Positions 22,256 through 34,345 of a stretch of DNA of 64,000 nucleotides are shown here, in pieces. The stretch lies in contig NC_058370.1 of NCBI RefSeq assembly GCF_018350175.1, positions 62,868,001 through 62,932,000 on the forward strand, given 5' to 3'. The notes beneath the pieces were generated by a model. It was not told the DNA's origin. It saw only the letters and a program-made list of their open reading frames with translations, and ran no database searches. The DNA is from Felis catus (Eukaryota). The translations under genes and the position numbers were made by a program. Numbering within the stretch: position 1 is the stretch's first letter; each line of letters opens with the position of its first letter.

Positions 22256-23502
22256 TGTCCCTCAGTCTTGATGTATCTCACGGGTAGTAAGACCAAAAGT
22301 CAATACTCTTTCCTTGGGTCCAATCCTAGTGCCAGAGGCAAACAGTGTGGAGAAGTGCCTGGGTTTGAGCTGGGACCAGAGGTCTTGTCTCCATCTGTAA
22401 GGAGATCCAGAGATGCAGCCTGGAGACCCAATGTCACCTTCCTGCCAGTTCAGGTAGGGCTTGCTAGTTCCCATGGCCCAAGGCTAGTCCAACTTGCCCT
22501 GTGAGCAGTTTTCTGACCCTACTACGAGGATAGAGACTCCGTTTTGGCTCTTAGGGAGGCCTTCTCTAGGGGAGGAAGTTTGCGGGGAAAGAAGGAGTAA
22601 AGTCAGCAGCTTGGAATCAAGGACAGCTGTAAGAAAGACTTGGGCCTGCCTGCTGTTGTTCTTAAACACAATCAGTACTGAAGAAAGGAAAAGAGCCCAG
22701 CCCAGTCCCAGCCTGTGTTTTTACGGTCCAAAGCAATGTTTCCTTCTGGATTTCCCACATGGGTTCACCTCAATTAACCTTCTTCGAGTATAAATGCTTG
22801 GCATGAGGGTGGGGGATCATCAGATACAAAGTTCTTCGATTAGTTTCTGTGCCTCATCTCCTACACTAACCTCAAATATGACCAGCCACTGGCTGATGCT
22901 TTCTTTTCCTGCCCTCAGAACATGGGTCATGAAGATCCGAGTAGGAGCCCAGGGATGGAACACTCCCAGGTGGCAGGAGAAGAGGCAGTTATGGCCTGTC
23001 CCTCCATAGTTCAGCTCTCAGTAACTCGGTGCACTCAGTTCCCTGCCTCGGGGGAAGATGGGCTGTCTGCTGTGTTTGCCCACCCAAATGGGAGGTGTGC
23101 AGTTTGTATCATGGAGGCAGGAAGGGGCAATGACTTTATCCATGGGTCTAGCTCTCAGGAGCCCCCAGTCTGATGAGAGAGCCACGGCCTCCGCTCTATA
23201 GGAGCCCCTGAGCCAACGAAGTCTGGTCTAACCGACATGCAAAACACTTTGGAACATGCCCATTGAGATGGAGTCAGGATGTCGGCAGAAAGATAAATAA
23301 CTTTTCAGGAAGGGAGAGCAGATCTGGTGCTGTGGTGCGTCTTGTCACATTCTCAGCAAAGTGTGGGCTGGTCACAGACAGCATTTTTCTGGGTTTGGAT
23401 GGAGGTGTCTGGGTCAGGGAACAAATTCGGTGCTGGATACAAGAGATGGAGTTTTCAGCCTGCATCAGTGGGTACCAAGAAAAGGTCCTAAGATGCATTA
23501 CT

Positions 23503-23980
23503 TAGAATATATATAGACTTGACAGATGTTAACAGGGATCCAAAACAAGCGTGGCTCAAACAAGATAAATGTTCATTTCCTCTTGTGTAGCAGCCCAGGC
23601 AGAACCAATCTGGGGCCAAAATGGCACTAAAGACTCAGGCTTCTGTTAACTAACTTGCTACTATGCCATCTGTATGGTTCTGTTCTCACCCATAGGATCC
23701 AGGGTGGTTCACCAGCACAAGAGTTTCCAGTCTGCACGAAGTTGGGGTGAAGGGTTAAGAGGGGCTGCTCCCCTCCTTTTAAGGACAGCATCTGGAAGTG
23801 CACCCCTTGTTTTGCTCATACCCCATTGGTCAGAACTCTTAGATACTCAGCTATCCTTCACTGTAAGGGAGTCTGGGAAATGTAGTTTTTATTCCAGGTA
23901 GCCATGTATCCAGTAAACATTTTGTTTATTGGAGAAAAGGAAAAAATTGTTATTAGGAGCCAACTAGCAGTTCTGCCACA
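23503..23980 (-). mobile_element. Solo MaLR LTR (MLT1J-like)
   Basis: ccattggtcagaact...gggagtctgggaaatgtagtttt...caactagcagttctgccaca (reverse complement of the TGTGGCAG start). Confidence 0.8.
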
Positions 23981-23994
23981 TGAAACTCCAAGTG

Positions 23995-24765
23995 CATGTT
24001 AAGGAGGTTCTTATGTTTGTCTTCCCTGGACCTCATTCCTCCTGGCCACAGGGTTAGGCAAGTGACTCAGTCTGAGAAAATCACAGTAAGGCATCCCCTC
24101 AGCCACAGCCATTGGTCCAGGACTAGGCACATGACTCAAGCAGAGCCAATCAGAGTTCTTCCTCAGGACTTTTTCCTAACCAAATCTGGTAGCAGACGGT
24201 GGGATTTCCTTTCTGGTATGAGAATGCAAATTCATACTCTGAGAATGCAAATCTGAACGGCCCAAGGTCATTTTCCCTATCTGCTGAAGAAATGGTGCCT
24301 CCAGCCTCTGAGAGACACAGGGAGGAGAGAATCCCACCGGGGTAAGTAGGCCTCATTCTAGACCTCCCTGGGGCCTGCTTCATCCTTGCCCTGACTGAGC
24401 CAGAGAGTCAAGTCTGGCTCACCTTTTTTTTATTTTTTATTTTTTGCAACGTTTATTTATTTTTGGGACAGAGCAAGACAGAGCATGAACGGGGGAGGGG
24501 CAGAGAGAGGGAGACACAGAATCGGAAACAGGCTCCAGGCTCTGAGCCATCAGCCCAGAGCCCGACGCGGGGCTCGAACTCACGGACCACGAGATCGTGA
24601 CCTGGCTGAAGTCCGACGCTTAACCGACTGCGCCACCCAGGCGCCCCTGGCTCACCTTTTAGTCTATACCACCAGTCTATACCAAAAAGTCTATACCACC
24701 TTTTAGCCAAGCTGATTCAAAGGTGGGTTTGGCCATCTACAACCCAGTGTCCTGACTTATCATGG
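23995..24765 (+). mobile_element. MaLR LTR (MLT1K-like), interrupted by a Can-SINE
   Basis: gccacagccattggtccagg...ggcacatgactcaagcagagccaatcagagt; 3' end caacccagtgtcctgacttatca. Confidence 0.65.
24428..24647 (-). mobile_element. Can-SINE (young SINEC_Fc)
   Basis: CpGs largely intact; perfect TSD tggctcacctttt at 24415-24427 and 24648-24660. Confidence 0.97.
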
Positions 24766-27214
24766 TACTGAAAGTGATGTATTCTCTCCCTAGGGGAATC
24801 AGTGGGGTGGGGGTGGGGGTGGAAGATAGACACAGCTGAGATTGAAAACCTGGAAGGAAAGAATGTGGGCCCCAGCCAAGCTGTATCTTTCTCCTGCACA
24901 TTGGCCCTAAGGCATCTGAAAGTTCCCACACAGCATCTCACGGTAAAGGCGCTCTGCCGGGTTTCTTTCCATATTCTAGTCTGTCCTGTTTCCTGAAAGG
25001 CAGCCCTCCACCAAGGAGCCAGCCCAGCTGTGAGGAGGGGGCCTGATGAGGGGCAACCCTCACAAAGGGCCCTTTCTCAGCTAGTCCAGGCTGTTATCAG
25101 CCAAACCTAAACTCTGACTCACCTGCATCCGTGGGCAGCCCCGTAGGTGGAGCTGCCTGATTCCCCGTCTGGGCCTTCCTGCCTCAGGACCTGTGAGTGG
25201 GGGCGGACTCCCAATAAAGGTTCATTGTCTTCTGTCCCCTCACGCTATCAGGGTTCTGTCCAAGACCTTCCTGAGCCCCCCTCTTCCTAGTCCCTTCTCT
25301 CACCCCCTGTCTCCGGCCCTGGTCCCTCGGGGCACCCTCCCATCCCCACCTCACCTTGTAGACCAGCATAAACTCTGCAGGGGAGACAGGGTGGAGGCTG
25401 GGGGAGGAAGGGAACGTGCAGGAGGCTACTTGCTCCAACTCAGTCGGAATGAGGGCTGAATCTGAGAATGTCCTGTACCTCCCAACCTATGAACCCCCCC
25501 ACCCCTCCCCAGTTCCCTGGGGCCTCCTGAGTCCCCCACCCACCACAGACAGCAACCAAGCTGTCTTGGGCCTGTGGTGTCACCTGGTGGCCAGCCTCGG
25601 AACTGTCTGGCTCCCAACTTCTCCACTTCCTTTATTTTCTTTTCAGGCTTTGTGGGGATGGAGTCACATATGTGTCATAATCTCCATTTTCTCTCTGTAT
25701 TTGTTCTTTGTTTCTTGGGGTTTTTTTTTTCCACATTTCAGTTCAGCTCATTCTTCCTCGGGCCATCTTGAAAACCCAAATCACACACCCTTGTATCTGC
25801 TTTTTTCATCTCCTCCCTAACAACTCTGCCCCAGTTACCCCAGGAGGACCTTTCCCCACCGTTTACTCTGTCTACCTAAACAATCCCGGTTGACTGAGTG
25901 TTAGGATGGAGCCAGGCCTTCCCTGTGTCAAGAAAAAAGCGACTGAATGTCAGAAAGATTAATTAGAATGACGAAGAACAAAGGCTTTCAGCCTCTAAAG
26001 CCCTTGAAGAGCACCTCGAAGTTCCCTCAGAAGGTCCCACCCATCTCTTTATACTCCTGTTAAGAAACCTGCTTTCCCTCAAGCACCAGCTTTCACGAGA
26101 GAATAAATAGACTTTTCTAGATCAGCATTATTATTTTTCCATTTCTACCTACAGGTCTTGCAACAGTAGGGTTCTCTTTTTTTCCCCATGCAAGTGTGTG
26201 GCAACCCAGCTTTGTGATGGGCATTACCACCCGACCTGGAAAATGAAGCCCCCCTTCATGCCTCTGAGCCCTCGCTTTTCTATTGGCTCATTGTCTGGAA
26301 TGTCATGTCATTTCACAGAAACAAAGTTTTGAAATATAACTCATCGGTAAGCTGGGACTGCCTGATGGTAGACCTTTAAGATAATGAGATACTTTCCAGG
26401 GCAGGCTGGTGGCTGGTTGGTGTTGTATTAGACAGGCTGATGCAGGGGAACTATCTGATTTCCCAAGAAATGGAAATCTGGACACCCCCCCCCCCGCCCC
26501 ACTAGAAGCCTTGTGGCTTCCAGAATGGGCTGGGCCAGTGGGCTAAGGTTATGGGGAGGGGGTATGGAGTGAAGAATTCAGTGGTGCTGTGGACACAAAT
26601 ACCAGGTAGACAGAATGTGAGAAGGGCCGAGCTGAGCGTGGGGTGCTGGAGAGAAGTTTTAGGACTGAGATCTGGAGAGACAAACCCAACCACCATTTGT
26701 TAAGTACCTCCTACCTGTCAGGAAGGACCCAACAGGGAAAAGTGTGGGTGCCCCAAGCACAGAATAATATAATCTTATGTCCCATCAAACTGATATTCTT
26801 TTACTATTAGTTCAACTTGAATGCAGTGGAATTGGGCCCTGCTTAGAAGAAGGGCGGGGGGGTGGGGGCATGGACAGAGAAGCGGATCCCTGTTGCCAAC
26901 ACTCCATCTTCTCTGAGCGGTTCAGCTCTCACCCCAAACCTGCATGCTGCAATTAGACAAACAAAATCTTTTTAGAGACCCTGCTCCCTAACTCCTTAGA
27001 AAACAGCTCAGAGACTGTTATTCTACCCTTCTTTTTGGGGGGGTCTACCCACCACCCCATTGCATTGCAGGTAGATCATTAGAGCAGAGTATACAACTGT
27101 CCCTTAGAGGAGTTCCAGCCATGATTTTCTTTATCTCCTAACATCTGCAGTGATGTTTGGGTGCCTTGTAAAGATGGCACCCTAGCCAGCTGCCTGGCTG
27201 TCTGACCCCTTAAA

Positions 27215-27385
27215 CCAGCCCTGGTGCTGGGCACTGAGAATGCCGTCTCCCTGCCATATAAGTAGCATGATCTCCATTCTACCTGGGGAAACTGAGGCTG
27301 ACGGAGGTTCGGTGACCTGCCCGAGAGGCCCACAGCTGTGAGCAAGCCCCACCTTGGAGCTGAGATCTGAATTCAGGCTCACCCA
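27215..27385 (-). mobile_element. MIR
   Basis: ggggaaactgaggctgacggaggttcggtgacctgccc. Confidence 0.75.
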
Positions 27386-28543
27386 TGTTTGGAATAACCC
27401 ATGTTATTCCAAAGCCCGACTCTTCTTCACTTCTCCCCCTCCCCCAGGAGCAAATGGAAAGAAAAAGCCACTGAGAGCTGAAGGATGGGCCCTCTGAGAG
27501 ACAGGAGGTGGAGGTTTGAACGGGGAGTTGTAAGAAGCTGTCAGAGACCCAGTGGGTGCAAGGAAGCTGGGTGCCTAGCAGCACTGCAAGATGGTCCAGG
27601 GTGGGGTGAGCAGAGCCAGTGTGGGCTCCAAGTGTGTGGGAGGGTGAAGAAAGCTTGGTTGGGGGGAGCGTGCGATGCTGCCAAGCCAAGGCCCTTCCTT
27701 TGCACGCAGGCACGCTAGCAACAGCCACTGACAGGACAGGGTGAGCCTGGGTTTGGCAAAAAGAGCTAGAGCCCAAGGGGATCTTTGCAGGAGAAATCTC
27801 CCCTTCAGCCCTGGATTGGAGGCTGCAGAAAGTCATTCGGGCCCAGTGGAGGCGGGATACTGAGTGCCCTGGAGCTGGCCCCCCGTTGGTCCCCCATTCT
27901 TTCCTCCTTTCCCTTCCCTCCAACCCCCGCCCCAGTCCAGGCTGGCACAGCTCCAGGACCTGGCAGCCTGTTCCTGGACTCCCCAGCAGAGGGCTCCAGA
28001 GCAGAGCTCAGGAGGGTTGGGTGGGGAAGAGAATCTGGCCTCCTTCCCTGAAGGGAGGCGCAGGAAGTCCTGGGCCCTCCACTCGGCTCACAGGTGTCCA
28101 GGTGTCCATATGTGTGGGTGGTCTTTACTCTGGCACGGCTGTGTCTGCACAAGTGTGGGTGCACGTAAGTGTGTAAAGTGCACGTATCTGGGTTTGTGGG
28201 CGTGTAGATGTCTGCCAGTGCGTGTGCAGGACTGCTTGTTTATAAGTGGGTCAGGTGGTTGGCTTGTGCACGTACGTTTGCTCATTTCTTCCTCGCACAC
28301 GCTGGCGCTGCTCATGAGCCTATGTGTATGTGTATGCCCATGTGATTTGTGTATCGGTATTTACGCTTGGGCTTGTAAGGAGAAAAGAGGAAAATAAGTG
28401 ATGGGGATGTGCTGTGGAACCTCAACATTTCTCAGGGACAGGGACGTCCTCTGTACCATCCCAGATGTCATGGTGTGTCCACAGCCCTCTGGCAGATGGT
28501 TCCCGGCCCTCCTCAGCTTTGCTCCCTGCCCTGTGAAAATCCA

Positions 28544-28560
28544 TGTGTGTGTGTGTGTGT
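28544..28560. repeat. (TG)8 microsatellite
   Basis: Read directly. Confidence 0.95.
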
Positions 28561-28694
28561 ACATAACTGTGACTTTTTTGATAGGGATTGAATTATTTTT
28601 TCCTGGAGAGAAAAATGTTGACGTGCCTTTGGAGGATCGTCTGCCCAGAAAATCCCTCGATCCATGAAGAAGGCATGTTCTTCTCTTCTTTCTA

Positions 28695-28696
<2 letters not shown>

Positions 28697-28736
<40 letters not shown>
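28697..28736. repeat. (AC)20 microsatellite
   Basis: Read directly. Confidence 0.98.
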
Positions 28737-28739
<3 letters not shown>

Positions 28740-28899
28740 CAGACTCAGAGGCCTGGGATCTCACCAAGTGTAGTGTTTGAGGCTCCTTAGGGCCTCACCT
28801 GCACCACTCACCCAGTCGCATCCGGCACAGGACGAGCATTCCACAGAGCTGGGCCCGCAGGATCGGAGAACAGACTCAGCCATGTGTCTCCAGGCAAGT

Positions 28900-29368
28900 T
28901 GGGGCTTCCTGTTACTGCTGTAACAAATCTCCACACACTAAGTGGCTCAAAACAAAACAAATGTATTCTCTCACAATTCTATAGGTTAGATGTCCAAAAT
29001 CAGTCTGACGGGGCTAAAGTTAAGCTGTCGGCAGGGCCGGTTCCTTCTGGAAGTTCCAGGAGACAACCCGTCTCCTTGCCATTCTCAGCTGCCAGTGGCT
29101 GCCTGCATTCTTTGGCTGTGGCCCCTTCCTCCATCTTCCAAGGGCCTCCTTCCAGTCTCTGCTCTGTCAACACGTTGCCTTCTCCTCTATTCTGACCCTC
29201 CTGCATCCTCCTGTGCTTGTGATTACTTTGGGCCCACCTGAAGGACCCCCATCTCCAGAGCCTTGATTTAACCACACCTGTAAAGCAACTTTTGCTGTGT
29301 AAGAACATTCTCAGGTTCTGGGGATTACCTGGCCATGTCTGGGAGCCATTATTCAGCCTTCTATAGCA
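28900..29368 (-). mobile_element. Solo MaLR LTR (MLT1C/D-like)
   Basis: ctgctgtaacaaatctccacacactaagtggctcaaaacaa...cattctttggctgtggccccttcctccatcttc...gccattattcagcct. Confidence 0.88.
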
Positions 29369-30894
29369 CGTGACCTTCTCTGGACCTCACCTGTGGCTTC
29401 AGAGGGTCAGTCTCCACAGGCCACTTCTAGCGCTGATGCCAGGAGGCTGAGTCTCTGCCTTATTGGACCTCAGGTGAGATGGGTCCAGCCCACCTCTCTG
29501 CTCATCGTTGAGTCTCTGGGACTCACGCTGTCTCCTCTGCCTCATCAGAAGGGAAGCCCTGTCTACTCTGCATCCTCAGTCTATACCTGAGAAGCATCTT
29601 CGACCTGTGAAGAATTCGTCCAACCCCAACTTAGTTTAAGATCTGAATTGTACCTGTCTCCAAAGCAGGCTCCTCGACTGCCTCATCTGTGATGTGGGGA
29701 CAAGAATCCTGGACCCAATTCAAGGATGCTGGGTAGGAATCCAAAATGTCTGAGTGGGAGAGGCAGAGAGATGTGGGAACTCACTCCTGCAGCCGCCCCC
29801 ATTGGATCATCTTCCCAGAGCTCTCAGGCCACCCCAGTCACAATCAGGACTTAAAAGTCCCTCACGAGGGAGAGTGAGAGAGGGACAATGTTGAGCCAGC
29901 ACAGGCGGTCCCGTGGGACCCAGTTTGTCAGGTTGGTGCCCTCAGAGGTCTCTTGAGTGAAGTGCCTCTTTGGGCCAGACCTTCCTTCCCTCCTTCCTTC
30001 CTTCCTTTCCCTGACATATGTCAGGCACAGGATCAGAGCTAGAGAGGGTCAGTCCTCCTGCCTGTGAAAAGTCAGTGGGAAGACAGCCATGCAAATACTC
30101 CCTCCCAAGCAGTGTGCTGGGTACTGGTCCCTGGAGTTCCCTAAAGCCCTGTAGAAGCCAAAGGAGAATGTCTAAGGTGTCAGGAGGGCTTCTTGGGACC
30201 TCCAGGGACCAGTATCCAGCATATACCTGCATATACCATGTGGAGAGAGACAGCCATGGTTTATTTAGCTCATGTTGTTACCACTGCTGGATATTTCTCC
30301 ACTCCTCTCCTGGATAGCTCTGACCCAGGTGCCACCTCCTCCAGGAAGTCTTCCTTGAAGTCTGGGGAGGCCAAATCCCCTCCTTGATGCACCCTGCAGA
30401 GAAGCTCATGGTATCTAGGTGAGGGGCTGATTTTATCCTGCAGGCAAGAGAAGACCACTGTCCTGGAGGGACTTAGAGTGAGAGAGGGACAGCATCTAGT
30501 GACATGGAGCTGGGGTCCTCAGCCTGCTTTTGAAGAGTAGATGCCCCCCCACCCCCCCAGTTCACCCAGTCCATATCCTTCTCTGCTGAGGGGGTGCCAA
30601 GGCTGCTTTCATTGCTTAGCAGTGGTGGGGCTGGGACCAGAAGTCAACTCTCCTGATTTTAGCCCAATGCCCTTTCCAGGAACCATCCTGTCCTGAGGGT
30701 GGCCATGTCCTGGCCACCCCTGTGTCCACAAGCACTTGGTGAATTGATGTGAGGGGAGCAATCATGGGGGACCTGAGTCTGCCAGAGAGGAGACCCCAGA
30801 AAGCACATTGCATTCATGTCAGTTTGGTCACACACCACCCTAACTCCCAAAGGGGTGCCCAGGTCTCCCATGATTCCTTCCATGGCAGAGACAT

Positions 30895-31080
30895 GCAGAG
30901 AAAGATCTGGATCCAAGTCCTGGCTCTGCCTCTGAATGACGTGTGTGACTTTTGGAGCTCCTATTTCCTCGTCGGCAAAATGGGGGCAATAACTGGGCAT
31001 CCCCCTTGAGCGTGTTTGGACCACTAAGTAAGATAACGTGTGAGAAGTCTTCAGTGCACTGGCTGGCATGCCTGGTGACT
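30895..31080 (+). mobile_element. MIR
   Basis: atccaagtcctggctctgcc...tgtgtgact...tttcctcgtcggcaaaatggggg. Confidence 0.75.
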
Positions 31081-31194
31081 CTGAGTATGATCCTCTGTCA
31101 CCTGAGCCCTCACCGTTCCTTCTCCATGCTCCCATTCTGTGGGCTCAGACTTTTGGAACAGAGGACACGGTCTCATTAAACTGATTCATGCTGA

Positions 31195-31335
31195 TTGTAG
31201 CCCTAGTCCTCCCCAAAGAGATTCTGATTCACTTGGTCTGGGAGGGGTCCCCACACTTACTACTTTTATTGATCTTTACTTTTTAACGAACATCCCGGGT
31301 GATCCTGATGTTTAACTGGGTTTAGGAGCCTCTAG
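31195..31335. mobile_element. MER5-type hAT-Charlie MITE fragment
   Basis: agagattctgattcacttggtctggg...ttttaac...cccgggtgatcctgatg. Confidence 0.65.
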
Positions 31336-32225
31336 AATGAGTAGTAGTGATGGAATTAATAAAGACCAAACTGTGCCCTCGAAAATGGGGGTTCAGCTTA
31401 GAGACACCTTCCGTGGCCCCTGGAACCACAGCAAGTAGGACCTTCTTCCTCTCCATGGTGGGGGTGGCGTTCCTCCAGAGAGGCTCTGCTGGAAGGGGGT
31501 GGGGGCAGCACCAGCTGTGTCCTCTCCTGCAGCTGTTCCAGTGCCATGGCCCAGTGGAAATGACTGTGAAATTCATTCTCCACGTCTCCTAGAGCTGAGC
31601 CAGGTGCTTACTGGTCAGAGGGGCCAATCCCACCAGACAGGAGAAATATGCCCACCCACCTCCACTTAGCGCAGGATTCCCCCAAACCCTGCCTCCCTGG
31701 GCCCACAAGTGCCTTTTGTCCCCGGTCAATTCATGCCTTCCCATGGGGAGACTCTCTTTACTCGGTGTCCAGAAACGCCCTGCGCTTGCATTTCTGCAGG
31801 TTCACTAGGAACCATTTGGCTTCGGAAGGGGGTCGGGTCCCTCAGCCCGGGGACGTCCTGAGGCCCAGGACAGAGCTGGTTGCTCTGGGAACACGGGAGG
31901 CCAGCAAAGCTGCCTATTGGGATGACCGTGGGCCCGGCAGACTTCACTCATCCCTGCGAGGGAGAGCGGGTGGGGGCCTTCCCTGCATCAGGGAACTCAG
32001 CCTTTTTATTAGCTGCAGGGAGGTGCAGGAGCAGGGCTTTGGCTGAGGAAGAAGGGAAAGGCCCAGAATGAGAGCACTGTCCTCTGCCAAGGACACAGAC
32101 TGTTGACGTGGGAGAGATGGGTGCAGCCTCTGGATGGAGTCCATGGTGAGGAGGAAATGGTTTTCACTGAAAAACAAAGTTGAAAAACAGTTTACCGAAG
32201 GGAAGAGAAAGAGGAAAAAAAAACC

Positions 32226-32282
32226 CTCAAACTGTCTGATCATCAAAATCACCTGGGTAGTTGGTTAAAAATACAAATTCCA
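32226..32282. mobile_element. MER5-type MITE fragment
   Basis: ctcaaact...catcaaaatcacctggg...gttaaaaatacaaattcc. Confidence 0.55.
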
Positions 32283-32936
32283 AAACTGGTTCCAAGTCAA
32301 TAAAATATTATTCTTGGTAGCTCTGGGTTTCTTTTCCTTGTGGTTTAAAAATGTAGATCCCTTGTCAATTATCTCTCCCTAAAGCTGGGGAAAAAATTAA
32401 GTTACACGTAAAAACAGTACAAGAACTAAAATCCGTTGTACAACAAGAAAACTTTTCAGAAGGGGAAGAGGGGGCCGGGAATGAAATCTTTAACTTTCTA
32501 AATGGGACATCGGTATTTGAACTTGAACAATTAATCATATAATAGTCTTTGTTTTGTAAATTAAAGGAGGACCTGCCATAGGACCTACAATGAGAACCAC
32601 TCTTAAAAATGTGGATTTCCACTCACATAGCTTGGAAGGTGCCCAGGCAGGTGGGTGTCAGGGGTGAAAGAAGAGATGCTTTATGAAATTGACAACAACG
32701 TGGATTGTTTCTCATCTCCCCGTTGGGCTTGGGGAAGAACGGAGGGAAGGAGACACAACAGGATGGGACGAAAATAAAATCCTAAAAGCAACTTGTCTCC
32801 GGCCAGGGTGGGTCTTCCTCAAGATGCATCTGTCCTCTCCTTCCTTCTAGTTCAGGTTTCTTGAGTGAGTTGTCTCCTGTCACCCTCTCTTTTTCCTCCC
32901 CTCTTTCCTTTCTCCATCGGCCCCTGGCCACCCAAA

Positions 32937-33421
32937 CAGTGGAAGGCTGAATAAGCCACCTCCCCCCACCTGCAAGATGTTCATGTCCTACTCCCCGGAA
33001 CCCGTCAGTGTCACCTTGTATGGAACTTCGCCCATGTGATTAAGTTAAGGATCTTAAGACAGAGAGGTTATGTTGGGTTGTCCAGGTCTGTCTTCTGCAA
33101 TCAGGGGTCCTCTAAGAGGAAGCAGAGGTCAAAGAGGAGAAGGTGAGGTGTTGTCAGAGGGATTGCATGACGCTCTTTNNNNNNNNNNNNNNNNNNNNNN
33201 NNNNNNNNNNNNNNNNNNNNNNNNNNNNNNNNNNNNNNNNNNNNNNNNNNNNNNNNNNNNNNNNNNNNNNNNNNNNNNNNNNNNNNNNNNNNNNNNNNNN
33301 NNNNNNCTCAGTGAGACTGATTTTAGACCTCAGACCTACAGAACCGTGAGGGAGTAAACCCATATTGTTTGAGTCGCCCAGCTTGTGGTGATTCGTTACA
33401 CAGCAATAGAAAAGTCATATA
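32937..33421 (+). mobile_element. Solo MaLR LTR (MLT1D-like), spans N gap 33179-33306
   Basis: ggctgaataa...aagatgttcatgtccta...tgtgattaagttaaggatctt...gttacacagcaatagaaaa. Confidence 0.88.
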
Positions 33422-33459
33422 CCCCTTCCCCCCTGCCCTGTCCACCCCCGACTGGCCCT

Positions 33460-33925
33460 CGCCCAGGTCTCCAGGGACTCAACTCTTGCCAATCCATGGC
33501 TTTATCAGCACTTCTCTCTCGACTGAACTCTTGGCTATGTTTGATGTTTTCCTCATTGCTCTTTCTTAAATCCTGTGACTGTCCACTCCCATGGTCTTCT
33601 CTTGCCTCTTGGACCCTCCTCTGCAGCCCCTCCCCAGCATGCTCCTACCCCACCTTCAAAGTGGCTGTGTGCCCCAGCATTCTCTTCTCAACTCTCTTCT
33701 CTTCTCACTGTCTACTTTTGTCCCAGTGATAATCCCAAATGGAGGCCGTGGGCTCTACACCCCAATATCCCGCCAGAGGGTCCCCCTGCTCCCTTGTCAG
33801 CAAACCAGTACTTCTCTCTGAAGTGCATTTCTCACTTTCCTTGCCTGTCGAAATTTGGCTCACTTGTTTATTTTTCAAGGCCTGGTTCAAACGGCACCTC
33901 CTCCAGGAAGTGTTCCGAGTCTGCC
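33460..33925 (+). mobile_element. LINE-2 fragments
   Basis: Pyrimidine-rich L2 body; ttcaaggcctggttcaaacggcacctcctccaggaag. Confidence 0.5.
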
Positions 33926-34126
33926 ATGCCATATGCTTGGTTTTTACAGTTTTGTTTTCAATGAATGAACTTTACTTTTTAGAGCAGTTTTAGGTTCACA
34001 GCAAAATTAGGCTTAAAGCACAGCAAGTTCCTGTGCAGCACTGATTTTTCATAAGATATTGTATGACCAGCTTTTATTGACATCTTATTTATTCTTCTCA
34101 ACAACTCTGTGAGGCAAGGATGTGTT

Positions 34127-34207
34127 TTCTTGTCTTCCTTCCTTTCTTTCTCTCTCTCTCTCTACCTCCCTTCCTCCTTTCTTCCTTCCTCCCTCCCTTC
34201 CCCCTCT
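34127..34207. repeat. CT/CCTT polypyrimidine tract running into an N gap
   Basis: Read directly. Confidence 0.9.
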
Positions 34208-34345
34208 NNNNNNNNNNNNNNNNNNNNNNNNNNNNNNNNNNNNNNNNNNNNNNNNNNNNNNNNNNNNNNNNNNNNNNNNNNNNNNNNNNNNNNNNNNNNN
34301 NNNNNNNNNNNNNNNNNNNNNNNNNNNNNNNNNNNNNNNNNNNNN

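Noticed and set aside
24661-24700. Short direct repeats as a CRISPR-like array
   Set aside because: Mammalian DNA, 11-bp units with 2-3 bp spacers; a microduplication
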